A stretch of DNA of 64,000 nucleotides, from positions 49,937 to 113,936 of the forward strand of contig JACJYZ010000003.1 of the NCBI GenBank assembly GCA_020635855.1, read 5' to 3'. This document shows positions 19,058-28,600 of this stretch, one piece after another. The notes under the pieces are model-generated. The model did not search any database, was not told the DNA's origin, and was given only the letters and a program-made list of their open reading frames with translations. This DNA is from Flavobacteriales bacterium (GTDB taxonomy: Bacteria; Bacteroidota; Bacteroidia; JACJYZ01). Both the position numbers and the translations under genes were made by a program. Numbering within the stretch: the stretch's first letter is position 1; every line of letters begins with the position of its first letter.

Positions 19058-19190
19058 TGTGTTTGTTGGTTGTTGATGTAATACCAATTCTTGAGTGGTG
19101 CCGGTCGGTAAGCGGCGCTGTGGAATGACTACCAGCTCGCGTAAGTGCGCATTGCGGTCATGCGTATACGTTTGCTCTTACCGAATCTTG

Positions 19191-19236
19191 CCCCTCAATT
19201 TCGTTGAAAATGTAAGTAAAAAAGCGGAAAGGGATA
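19191..19236. repeat. Left imperfect direct repeat flanking the R-M island
   Basis: cccctcaatttcgttgaaaatgtaagtaaaaaagcggaaagg compared with cccttcaattaccctgaaaatgtaagctaaaaaaccggaaaac at 22371-22419 (about 33 of 40 identical; cores TGAAAATGTAAG, TAAAAAA and CGGAAA shared). Confidence 0.65.
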
Positions 19237-19360
19237 TGGGAATTTTATGATTTGGTTTAGTGGTGATGAGGTTCTGGCCCGTACCATTGTTCTGATGTTA
19301 ATAAGTATTTGATTCCACCATGGATTTACGCTCTCCGAAATTCTATTTTTGTTCGGAGAG

Positions 19361-20644
19361 ATGGGAGCGAAATACTCGGACATACGCAGGAAGCTCAACC
19401 TTCCTGAACTTAACGGAACCCCCAACGGTTCTGCTTACCTTACGCATTACTGGCAGGGAAATAATGAACGTATCAGGAGTTATTTCAAGGACGAAGCCCT
19501 GGAATATCTGGAGACAATTGTGGAAGACCCGGCGTTCAATTACGAACTGCCGCTTGAATATGACGTTCCGTTTCCTCCTCCAGCACGACCTTCCTTTACA
19601 TTCATCGACCTGTTCGCGGGGATAGGTGGGTTTCGTATTGCATTTCAGGAAATGAACGGTAAATGTGTATTCAGTTCGGAATGGGATAAGTACTCTCAAA
19701 AAACCTATGAAGCCAACTTTGGTGAAATACCGTTCGGTGACATCACCAAAATTGACGAGAACAAGATACCAGAGCACGACATCCTTTGCGGTGGTTTTCC
19801 CTGTCAGCCGTTCAGTATTGCCGGGGTATCCAAAAAGAACAGCCTGGGCCGGAAGCATGGATTCGAGGACGAAACCCAAGGAACTTTATTCTTCGACATC
19901 AAGCGTATTATTAAGTCCCGGAAACCAAAGGCATTTCTCCTGGAGAATGTAAAGAACCTTCGGGCGCACGATAAAGGCAGAACCTTCGAAGTAATTGAAC
20001 GGAATCTGAGAAATCTGGGGTACATGGTATTCAGTCAGGTGCTGGATGCGAAATACTACGTTCCTCAGCATAGAGAACGAATCTTTATAGTAGGTTTCAG
20101 CAAGGAACATTTCCCCAAAAACCTCGTGTATAAGTTCCCGGAGCGGCCTGCTGAGCAGCCGCTATTCAAAGAAATTCTTGAACGAAATCCCAGTGAGAAG
20201 TACACACTGTCTGATCATTTGTGGAACTATCTCCAGGATTACGCAGCTAAACACAAGGCAAAAGGAAACGGATTCGGATTCGGACTGACTGACCTTAATG
20301 GTGTTGCCCGGACTTTGAGCGCCCGGTATCACAAAGATGGTTCAGAAATCCTGATCCCACAGAGAAACGGAAGTAACCCTCGTAGGCTGACTCCGGAAGA
20401 ATGCAAAAGGTTGATGGGATACCCGGATCAGTTCAGAATCCACGATACAGGCGTTTCGGATACACAGCTTTACCGGCAGTTTGGAAATTCAGTCGTTGTA
20501 CCGGTAGTACATGCTGTTGCTGCAAGCATACTGGATGTTTTCCGTCAATATGAAAGACAGGAGGAACGCCAGAAGCAAAGGGAAGCTCTACTGAATGGTA
20601 GGCCGTCAACGACACAGGCCATCAGCGCACGATCTTCTGAATAA
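19361..20644 (+). CDS. dcm: DNA (cytosine-5)-methyltransferase (Dcm-like)
   Basis: Motif [12 protein letters not shown]. Motif [31 protein letters not shown]-terminal [10 protein letters not shown]. The ORF-track start at 19349 is TTG; first ATG at 19361. Partnered with vsr. Confidence 0.9.
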   Translation: MGAKYSDIRRKLNLPELNGTPNGSAYLTHYWQGNNERIRSYFKDEALEYLETIVEDPAFNYELPLEYDVPFPPPARPSFTFIDLFAGIGGFRIAFQEMNGKCVFSSEWDKYSQKTYEANFGEIPFGDITKIDENKIPEHDILCGGFPCQPFSIAGVSKKNSLGRKHGFEDETQGTLFFDIKRIIKSRKPKAFLLENVKNLRAHDKGRTFEVIERNLRNLGYMVFSQVLDAKYYVPQHRERIFIVGFSKEHFPKNLVYKFPERPAEQPLFKEILERNPSEKYTLSDHLWNYLQDYAAKHKAKGNGFGFGLTDLNGVARTLSARYHKDGSEILIPQRNGSNPRRLTPEECKRLMGYPDQFRIHDTGVSDTQLYRQFGNSVVVPVVHAVAASILDVFRQYERQEERQKQREALLNGRPSTTQAISARSSE

Positions 20645-21038
20645 GCTTTTTGAGGGTAATATCTCTTTTCTTCTTCATCAGATCACATTCCCACACGGTA
20701 ATGATTTTCCAACCACTTCTTTTTAGCTGAGTGCAGCTTTCAGCGTCCTTGGCCTTGTTGCGGTTGATTTTGTCCAGCCACCACTGGGTACGAGTCTTCG
20801 GAACAACAAAGTACCTGCACCCGTCATGACCATGCCAGAAACAGCCATGAATAAAGATTACTGTGTTGTGTTTTTTCAGGATGATATCAGGCTTTCCAGG
20901 CAGGAGCTTATCGTGTAACCGGTAACGGAAACCGTTTGCATGAAGAAACCGGCGTACGAGCATTTCGGGTTTTGTGTCCTTGCCCCTGATCCGGCTCATG
21001 TTGTATGAGCGTACTTCAGGTTCATGAACATCAGTCAT
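20622..21038 (-). CDS. vsr: Very-short-patch repair endonuclease Vsr
   Basis: HGCFWHGH motif and [12 protein letters not shown]. 138 aa. Overlaps the convergent dcm 3' end by 23 nt. Confidence 0.9.
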   Translation of the reverse strand: MTDVHEPEVRSYNMSRIRGKDTKPEMLVRRFLHANGFRYRLHDKLLPGKPDIILKKHNTVIFIHGCFWHGHDGCRYFVVPKTRTQWWLDKINRNKAKDAESCTQLKRSGWKIITVWECDLMKKKRDITLKKLIQKIVR

Positions 21039-22249
21039 CAGATTTGTTGTTGTTTTTCCCGAACTACATCAATAAAATCAGAAAGTGTTATCAGGTGCGC
21101 ACGTTGTTCTTCGGTGTACGTTTCCATAAGTGGTTGCGGAAGCACAAGCTGTAGATTTTGGGCAATCATTTCATCCGTTTGGTTTCTGCTTATAGCAGGT
21201 TCCAGTGTAATCAGATGTTTGTTGTTAATCCGGTCAGCTTCAGCCAAAACCTGCCGCCACCGTTCTTTTGCAGAAGTTTTTACGCCAAGCATGGTCAGCA
21301 ACTGCGCAGTAAAATCTGCATTGTGATAATGGTCTATACCGGGAAAAAGAAAATCAGGCTTATTATTCCGTTCTGTTTTTGCACCCTTTGCATATTGAAT
21401 TCCACTGGCATCAAAGATATGCGCCAAATGATTCTCAAAAGCAAAACCTGCTCTTGATTTTCTTCTATTCTGAACGCTTAAAGAGAAGGAAATAAATTCA
21501 TCCACATCGGTTCCCTGTGCACCGAAACCCTGTTGCAATTTTTTGGCCACTATGTGCTTTTCGAGCGTTTTAAAAAGCAGTTCTTCCCGTTCTAGCCAAG
21601 CCATCAGGGTATCGTCAGGTTCTTCAATAGGAGATACGTCTGTTAGTGTCGAGCGTGCATAAGCAGAAAACTGGGCAGTTGTTGGGAAGCCCACACCAAA
21701 CAAGTTTATTAGCTGTTCAAGAAAATCGGGCGCAGTGTCAGGCACTTCAAAGCCCAGTGATGTAATAATGTATTGCCCTGCGAAGTTCAGTTGTGTATCT
21801 GCTCCGGTAAAGTCACGAATAACAAATTTTGAACCCGCTTCCTCAAGACCGAAAAGCCATAGTAGCTGCTGCTCGGATGTGGAACCTTGCGGGGCAACAA
21901 TTACTGCCAGTTTGTTTTCACCGGTTTGTCCAATTACGACCAGGTCACCGGCAACCGCTATATCAATGACTGGATTAGTAGAATAGTAAAGTCGATATTC
22001 GGTTCTTGAGGGGTGATTCTCTCGGGCATCGTACCATGTTAGTGTTCCGGATTCTTTAATAATTTGTTCTTCGTCATCAGTCAGGTAAATAAAATGTCCC
22101 TGAAAGTTGATTCTCTCTGAACCGAAGATTTCCCTAAACCCGGATATACCATTGAATTCATGTTGATTGGAAACATCCGGAGCTACTTCAACATCACTAA
22201 GTCTTTTTGCTCCGATTCCAGTGAAATATTGTGATAATGGACTTGGCAT
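21038..22249 (-). CDS. EcoRII-family (type IIE) restriction endonuclease
   Basis: 403 aa. C-terminal half aligns by eye to EcoRII as recalled from memory (VDEFISFSLSVQNRRKSRAG...NKKPDFLFP...ERWRQVLAEADRI versus EcoRII VDEFIALANSVSNRRKSRAG...NKKPDFLFP...DRWRQILNEADKI). N-terminal domain shares KRLS.../YY motifs of the EcoRII-N effector domain. Confidence 0.8.
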   Translation of the reverse strand: MPSPLSQYFTGIGAKRLSDVEVAPDVSNQHEFNGISGFREIFGSERINFQGHFIYLTDDEEQIIKESGTLTWYDARENHPSRTEYRLYYSTNPVIDIAVAGDLVVIGQTGENKLAVIVAPQGSTSEQQLLWLFGLEEAGSKFVIRDFTGADTQLNFAGQYIITSLGFEVPDTAPDFLEQLINLFGVGFPTTAQFSAYARSTLTDVSPIEEPDDTLMAWLEREELLFKTLEKHIVAKKLQQGFGAQGTDVDEFISFSLSVQNRRKSRAGFAFENHLAHIFDASGIQYAKGAKTERNNKPDFLFPGIDHYHNADFTAQLLTMLGVKTSAKERWRQVLAEADRINNKHLITLEPAISRNQTDEMIAQNLQLVLPQPLMETYTEEQRAHLITLSDFIDVVREKQQQI

Positions 22250-22370
22250 AATTGATTACAAATGTACTTTTTCAAACGAATAAATTCTAATTGTCTGCAG
22301 ATAGAGGAGCAAGCGATTTTGCAGGTTTACCGGAGGTCATGCAGAAATTGCTTCCCACAAAACTTACACG

Positions 22371-22419
22371 ATTTCACCCTTCAATTACCCTGAAAATGTA
22401 AGCTAAAAAACCGGAAAAC
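22371..22419. repeat. Right imperfect direct repeat flanking the R-M island
   Basis: See 19191-19236. Confidence 0.65.
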
Positions 22420-22477
22420 GACAAAAGAAAACACCCTCACTTTCCCTCCGTTCTGAAAAAACGGCACTCCCAAAAAT

Positions 22478-22575
22478 CAGCATACGGCATACAGCAACAG
22501 CATACAGGGTAAAACAACCAGTGCAGGAAGGCTTACGCAACGCACTGTATGCTCTTGCCCTTGCTCTTGCTCATT
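22478..22575. repeat. GCTGTATGC-type inverted-repeat element
   Basis: Left arm cagcatacggcatacagcaacagcatacagg ... right arm tgtatgctcttgcccttgctcttgctc. Same family as 1-75, 15249-15318, 16009-16044 and 60541-60758. Confidence 0.7.
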
Positions 22576-22700
22576 CCAGGATTGCTCCCTCCGGTCGCGG
22601 ACCTCAAAGGGGGAGCTTTACAAGCAAACCCCAACCCTTGCTGCGCCGGGTTGTTTTTTTGTTTTCAAGCCTTGCTTACAAGCAAGCTTGACGCAGGCCT

Positions 22701-22740
22701 TGAAAACAAAAAACCCAAACCTGAAAAAGGTTTGGGTTTC
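22701..22740 (-). terminator. Rho-independent terminator downstream of tRNA-fMet
   Basis: Minus strand reads GAAACCCAAACC-uuuuuca-GGUUUGGGUUU followed by UUUGUUUUC. The 11-bp stem begins immediately 3' of the tRNA. Confidence 0.7.
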
Positions 22741-22744
22741 CTAG

Positions 22745-22817
<73 letters not shown>

Positions 22818-22835
22818 ATGTATTTTAAACAGATC

Positions 22836-22857
22836 AGCGAGCTATCAACTGCTCCAC
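22836..22857. repeat. Partial duplicate of the tRNA 5' half (gagctatcaactgctccac versus gagctaccaactgctccac at 22789-22810)
   Basis: Direct reading, 19 of 21 identical. A tRNA-fragment duplication of this kind can be a remnant of site-specific integration or excision at the tRNA. Confidence 0.5.
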
Positions 22858-23010
22858 TTTTACCCGCCGTAGCCTTGGCGAAGGTGGGCCCGCATCTGTA
22901 TTCAAGATCTTAAGAACGAATCCTTACCGGATGATACTTCGAGAAAACTGTTTTCCGAAGTGGGTGCAAAGTAACACAAAATTAAAGACACGTCAAAATA
23001 CACAACGCAT

Positions 23011-24816
23011 TTAGAGCGGTGTACGCCCGGCATTGACGGAACGGCGCAGGTTTGAGGTGAACTCACCGAAGTCGGTTTGGATGATGCCTTTCTGACGGAG
23101 CTTCTTCATGATCTCTTCCGGCGTGCCCACGTCCGTAATACGGCATTGGTTCCGCGGATTTGCGGTGGAGAGGTTTCTTATGTCATGCGCATCTACCAGC
23201 CCGAGGCGTCCGTCATTCATCACCAGCACCACGATGGATGGATACACCTTGGTCAGTTTCATGCGATGCACGTCATTGGGCACCACGCCCCTCGGGAAAA
23301 GGTACAGTGTGTACGATTTGCGGATGGGCAGTTCATCGTTTCCGGGAGATACGTATTGTGTCACGTATTCTTCCTGTCCTTTCAATACCTGGTCGCAATT
23401 CCACAGTCCCAACCGGTCGGCGGAAAACGTTCTGCGTACCAGGTAGTCGGTCTCAAGGGCGGTGCCCCTGTTCTTTTCACTCAGGATCTCTGCCACATTC
23501 GGTCCGGGTACAATGCCTGCCTTGGCGCCCTTGTAATCGCGGTAGAGGTCCCCACAGGTTTTGTCGGCATAGGGTCCATCCAGCGAGGGGAACAAACGCA
23601 CCGATACCTGGCTGGCAATCTCGCTCCTGGATGAATCCGGTTCCAGGCCGTTGTTCTTTTTCAGGAAAACCAGGGTGAGGTAATCCGTGGGGACGGACAC
23701 ATCATAGGTCACCTCCACATAGTCCCAGAACCGGTAGATGTAGTTGCCACCTTTGAAATCATTGGCCAGCAGAGATTCGAAGAATTCCAGGTCCTGTCCG
23801 GGTTCCTGCACCGATTGGTCGTAATGCCATGCCAGTCCGCGCAGCGCAGCAAAACCCCGGTTGCGCCATTCGATGTTGGTGAAGGTGAAGTCGTAGGATT
23901 TTCCCGCTTTGGAATGCCCCTTCTTTTTGAACCGTTTGATCACGGGTTTGTAGTTCACCAGGTTCTGCACGCCGATCCCCAGGGCCGAATCCGCTTCCAG
24001 AGGAGTGATGGTACTTGCCGTTGCGGCATCCGTCCGCACATCTCCGCGTTCATTCGTCCGGTCGGAGGTTTTGGTTGTCACCGGTTCTTCGGTGTTTTCA
24101 AATACCGTTACGTTGTCTTTGCCTTCAAGCGTCCACAGGCTGCGCTGCTCATCGAGGTGGTACAGGTTGAATGCGGTTTCGCTTTGATCCGATACCATGT
24201 CCACTTCAATGGCTTTTCCAGGTAGCATCTGCAAGGGGTTGTCATTCATGTCGAATGCGCGGATCTCCATCATGCCCGCTGATACCAGGGACATCCGCTC
24301 ACCCAGGGTGTCGTACTCCATGGGTACACCACCGGCAAACACCGATAGGGCATCGTGGAATTCACGGTACTTTAAAACCACCTTGCCGTCATAGACGCGG
24401 GATGAAGCATCCAGGAACGCACCTGCAGGAATGTGCAATACCGTGCCCGTGCTGTGTGTGATCTCTGCGCCTTTGCTTGCCTCCAGGGTATAGGAACCGA
24501 ACGGCACGTCCCATGCTGAAACGGGTGGCTTGAGACAGGCCGGAATGCTTTCGGCAGAGGAGTCAACCATGGCAACTACCGCCTTATCTGTAGGCAGGGT
24601 TTCAGGTGTACGATGCATTTGGGTGATCAGCAAAACGACCCCTGCGCTCAGCGCCAATCCGCCCAACACAACTTTGGCCAGGGATGAAAGGCCTTTTCCT
24701 TTCGGGGTGCCTGCTTGACCCTGGGCCATGGTCCGGTTCACCAGCGAATCAAAATTCATGGTTGAATCCACATCCGCTTTGCCCGGCATTTTTCTGTTCC
24801 TGATGATTTTATTCAT
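23011..24816 (-). CDS. Membrane-anchored protein co-transcribed with an ECF sigma factor (putative anti-sigma/sensor)
   Basis: ATGA overlap with the sigma gene stop (24813-24816). Cytoplasmic N-terminus of about 55 aa, single TM LAKVVLGGLALSAGVVLLI, then ~530-aa extracytoplasmic domain without recognisable family motif. Confidence 0.45.
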   Translation of the reverse strand: MNKIIRNRKMPGKADVDSTMNFDSLVNRTMAQGQAGTPKGKGLSSLAKVVLGGLALSAGVVLLITQMHRTPETLPTDKAVVAMVDSSAESIPACLKPPVSAWDVPFGSYTLEASKGAEITHSTGTVLHIPAGAFLDASSRVYDGKVVLKYREFHDALSVFAGGVPMEYDTLGERMSLVSAGMMEIRAFDMNDNPLQMLPGKAIEVDMVSDQSETAFNLYHLDEQRSLWTLEGKDNVTVFENTEEPVTTKTSDRTNERGDVRTDAATASTITPLEADSALGIGVQNLVNYKPVIKRFKKKGHSKAGKSYDFTFTNIEWRNRGFAALRGLAWHYDQSVQEPGQDLEFFESLLANDFKGGNYIYRFWDYVEVTYDVSVPTDYLTLVFLKKNNGLEPDSSRSEIASQVSVRLFPSLDGPYADKTCGDLYRDYKGAKAGIVPGPNVAEILSEKNRGTALETDYLVRRTFSADRLGLWNCDQVLKGQEEYVTQYVSPGNDELPIRKSYTLYLFPRGVVPNDVHRMKLTKVYPSIVVLVMNDGRLGLVDAHDIRNLSTANPRNQCRITDVGTPEEIMKKLRQKGIIQTDFGEFTSNLRRSVNAGRTPL

Positions 24817-25412
24817 GACGGTTGTTTCGTTGTTAGTTTGGCGCATTCTTTCCGTATGCGCTGCAGGATCCGTTGCATTTTCATTTTCACTGCGGCTTCG
24901 GTGGTTCCCAGGATATCTGCTATTTCTTTGAAGGGACGTTCCTCGAAGTACCGCATCTCAATCAGCCACGTGGCTTCCCCATTCAGGCTTTTGATGATCT
25001 GAAGCATGGCATACATCCTGTCATCTGCTTCTGACCCCGCTTCTGCAGCCAGGGTCACCAACCGGCTGTCGTCGTCAATGCTGATGATGCGGTGCCGGCT
25101 CTTCTTCCTGAAATTTGTATTCATTTCGTTCAGGGCGATCCTGTACAGCCATGCGGAGAATGGTAGTCCGCGGTCCTTGTATTGGTGGATCCGGGTCATC
25201 GCTTTATAAAACACTTCCGCCGTTACATCGGTGGCTGTTTCCATGGCATCGCAGCGACGAAACACAAACCGGAAGATGGCATCGTAGTATTTTCTGTAAA
25301 GGGGCTCAAAGTTCCGGATGTCTTCACGCGCGGCGGCAACAAGGTGGCTTTCAGCTTCGATGTCGACAGCGGTCATGTGGTATTTGGCAGTGAGCGTCAT
25401 GGTGGCTTTCAT
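24813..25412 (-). CDS. ECF-type RNA polymerase sigma-70 factor
   Basis: Region 2 EPLYRKYYDAIFRFVFRRCDAMETATDVTAEVFYKAMTRIHQYKDRGLPFSAWLYRIALNEM. Region 4 EERPFKEIADILGTTEAAVKMKMQRIL. Alternative start at 25400. Confidence 0.85.
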   Translation of the reverse strand: MKATMTLTAKYHMTAVDIEAESHLVAAAREDIRNFEPLYRKYYDAIFRFVFRRCDAMETATDVTAEVFYKAMTRIHQYKDRGLPFSAWLYRIALNEMNTNFRKKSRHRIISIDDDSRLVTLAAEAGSEADDRMYAMLQIIKSLNGEATWLIEMRYFEERPFKEIADILGTTEAAVKMKMQRILQRIRKECAKLTTKQPS

Positions 25413-25639
25413 GTTACCCTAATGTCGCAGGAAGAAAAAGGTAACGCTGAAGGCAAAATACCGGTATAAGTCCGGTATTTTATCTGGCACACCGGATTTT
25501 TATGTGAATCCGGCTAAAAACCCTTGTAAAACGTAACAATCCGCGTAAATCACGTACAAATCCGTAAACACATTCCGCTAGACACCTGCGGAGTGTTGGA
25601 AGACCCGAAGATGAAAAGTTTGCGTCCATAGATATCGTT

Positions 25640-28600
25640 ATGTGTAAAAAATACCTTTTATCCCTCCTTTCGTGTTTTGTCGGATTCGGAGCGTTGTACG
25701 CGCAAACCGGCCCCGGAGGTGTTGGTGATGCATCAACGAACATCGTTTGGCTGAGGGCCGACGATCTCTCTGCCAGCCCCGTGTCTGCCTGGTCAGATCA
25801 GTCGGGCAATGGCAATGACATGTCGCAGGGCAATGCCACCTATCAACCCACATGGGTGGATGGGGTTTTGAATGGCAAACCCGTGCTGCGCTTCGACGGT
25901 GCCAATGATGATCTGGATGGGCCCGCTACCAATACCCTTCTTGGCGGAGGCATAGATGACATTACCATCATCACTGTTTTTCGTACTTCCTCCTCTTCCA
26001 AGGGGTACCTTTCGGCATTGAAAAGAGATGGTGGTACCAGTTCGCTGTATTCCATTGACATCAATTCAAACGCCGGATCGGGTTCCGGAGGTTATGCCGG
26101 ATACGTAACCAGGAATGACGCCAATTCAGCTCACAACTGGATTACTTACAACGGTGGGTACAATGATGGCGGTGGCCACATCCTGGTGGGATGGGTCAAC
26201 GGTGCAAATAAAGAACTTTTCATGGACGGAACTTCCCGTGGTACCGATGCGAACGGGATGCAGAACATTTCCTCGAACACAGGATTGTTTACCATCGGCG
26301 GTTCGGCTGCTGCAAGCAACAACTACAACGGGGACGTGGCGGAATACATCATGTTCACCTCCGCCATCAATGATGCCCAACGCATCATTATCGAAAACTA
26401 CCTGGCCTCCAAATACGGCCTCACCATTGCCAATGATTATTTTACCAGCGATGCTACACATTCCAATGAGCTGGCCGGTATCGGACAGGAAGATGCATCC
26501 AACATACACGCGGATGCCGAATCCGGGGGTGTCCTGGAGGTGAGTTCTCCCTCGGATTTGGGCGACGGTGAATACCTGCTCTTTGCACATGACAACGGTT
26601 CCATTGCCGCATGGACCACCACCGAGGCACCTCATGCAGGCGACAACATGCAACGCCTGACCCGCGAGTGGATCATGAATGAGACGGGTGATGTGGGTAC
26701 GATCACCGTTACAGTGGACAATACGCTTCTTCCGGCACTCCCGGCTGAATATACCGATTACTACCTTCTGGTGGATGACGACGGGGATTTTTCCAGCGGC
26801 GCTACCGAATACCTGCTGAGTCCCGTTGGAGGCAGCGACTATCAAGCCACAGGTGTGGATGTAGCTGACGGAAGCTATGTCACCATCGCTGTGGTGCGGC
26901 CGGAGATCGACTTTACCATTACCGCCGATGACGATTTCGAAACGGCGGGCGCCGTCAATATTCAGGTTGAACTGAATTTCGCCATCAGCTCGGATGCAAC
27001 GGCGGTCTTTACGGAGAACGGCGGAAGCACCGCCACATCCGGTGCATTGAATGATTACACCCTCTCTGCAGGTCCGGTTACCATATCGGCAGGTACCACC
27101 ACAGCCAATATAACCCTTACCCTGAATGACGATGTGGACCTGGAAGATGACGAAACCGTGATCCTGGATCTCAGCGGACCCACTGTGGCCCAACTCGGAG
27201 ATGACGTTCAGTTCACCTATACCATTCACGATGATGACAACCCGAGAAAAGTAGGATTCACCGCGGCGGGTTCTTCGGGCGATGAAAGTGTGAATCCGTT
27301 CAGTCTGACCGTGCAGAGTACCACTGCCAGCTCATCAGACATCACCGTGAACTATACCGTAACAGGTGGTACCGCCACCGGGGGAGGAGTTGACTATACC
27401 CTGGCCTCCGGCACCGCAACCATTCCGGGTGATAATTCGAGTATCTCCACCACCATCGATATTGCCATTAATGAAGATATTTTGGATGAGGTGGATGAGA
27501 CCATCGAGATCACTTTATCCACGCCCGGCAATTGCAACCTGGATGCCGGGAATACAGTCTACACATACACCATAACAGATAACGACAATCCTCCGGTTGT
27601 CCAGTTTTCCTTCACCACAACCGATGCTTCTGAAGCGGTAAGCCCGGGGCAGGTGGAAGTGTCGTTATCCGGCATCACCGGGCAGGATGTTCAGGTTTCC
27701 TATACGGTGGCGGATGGTACGGCGACAGGAAGCGGATCGGATTATACCCTGGCAGATGGTACCCTGACCATTCCGGCGGGAAGCACATATGGTTACATCA
27801 CACCAGTGATCGTGGACGACAGCAACATCGAGCCTTCCGAAACTTTTACCATCACTTTGTCTGCCGGTCCTACCAATGCAACGCTGGGTGCGAACACGGT
27901 GAACACCTATACCATAGGCGACAACGACGACACCGGATTCACCGGACCCGGAGGGGTGGGAAATGCAACCAACAATGTGTTGTGGCTGCAAGCCGATGAC
28001 CTGTCTGCAAGCCCGGTTTCTTCCTGGGCGGATCAATCCGGTAACGCCAATGACATGAGTCAGGGCACAGGAGGTTATCAGCCGTTGTGGGTGGATGGCG
28101 TGATCAACGGCAGGCCCGTGATCCGTTTCGACGGCAGCGATGATGTGCTGAATGGCACAGCATCCAATACATTGCTGGGAGGCGCCATCGAAGACATCAC
28201 TGTGCTCACGGTTTTCAGGACGTCCTCTACCTCCAGGGGATACCTGTCGCAGTTAAAACGTGATGGGGGTACCAGTTCCCTCTATTCCATCGATATCAAC
28301 TCAACCGGGGGCAGTGCAAGCGCCGGGTATGCCGGTTTTCTAACCAGGGATGATGCCAATGCCAACCACTACTGGCTGGATTACAACGGGGGTTATAATG
28401 ACGGTGATGGTCACATCCTGATAGGATGGGTGGATAACGCCAACCGGGAATTATTCATAGACGGTACCTCGCGCGGAACCGATGCCAACGGCATGCAAAG
28501 CGTATCCAGCAACACCGGGGCCTTCACCCTTGGCGGAACTTCATCCGGTGGAACCCCATACACCGGAGATGTAGGGGAGTACATCATTTATACCATGGCG

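Noticed and set aside
19349-19360. Dcm start at 19349 as given by the ORF track
   Set aside because: Codon 19349-19351 is TTG and lies inside a perfect 9-bp inverted repeat. The first ATG (19361) immediately after the repeat is the more plausible start. It is uncertain, and either start gives the same protein family.
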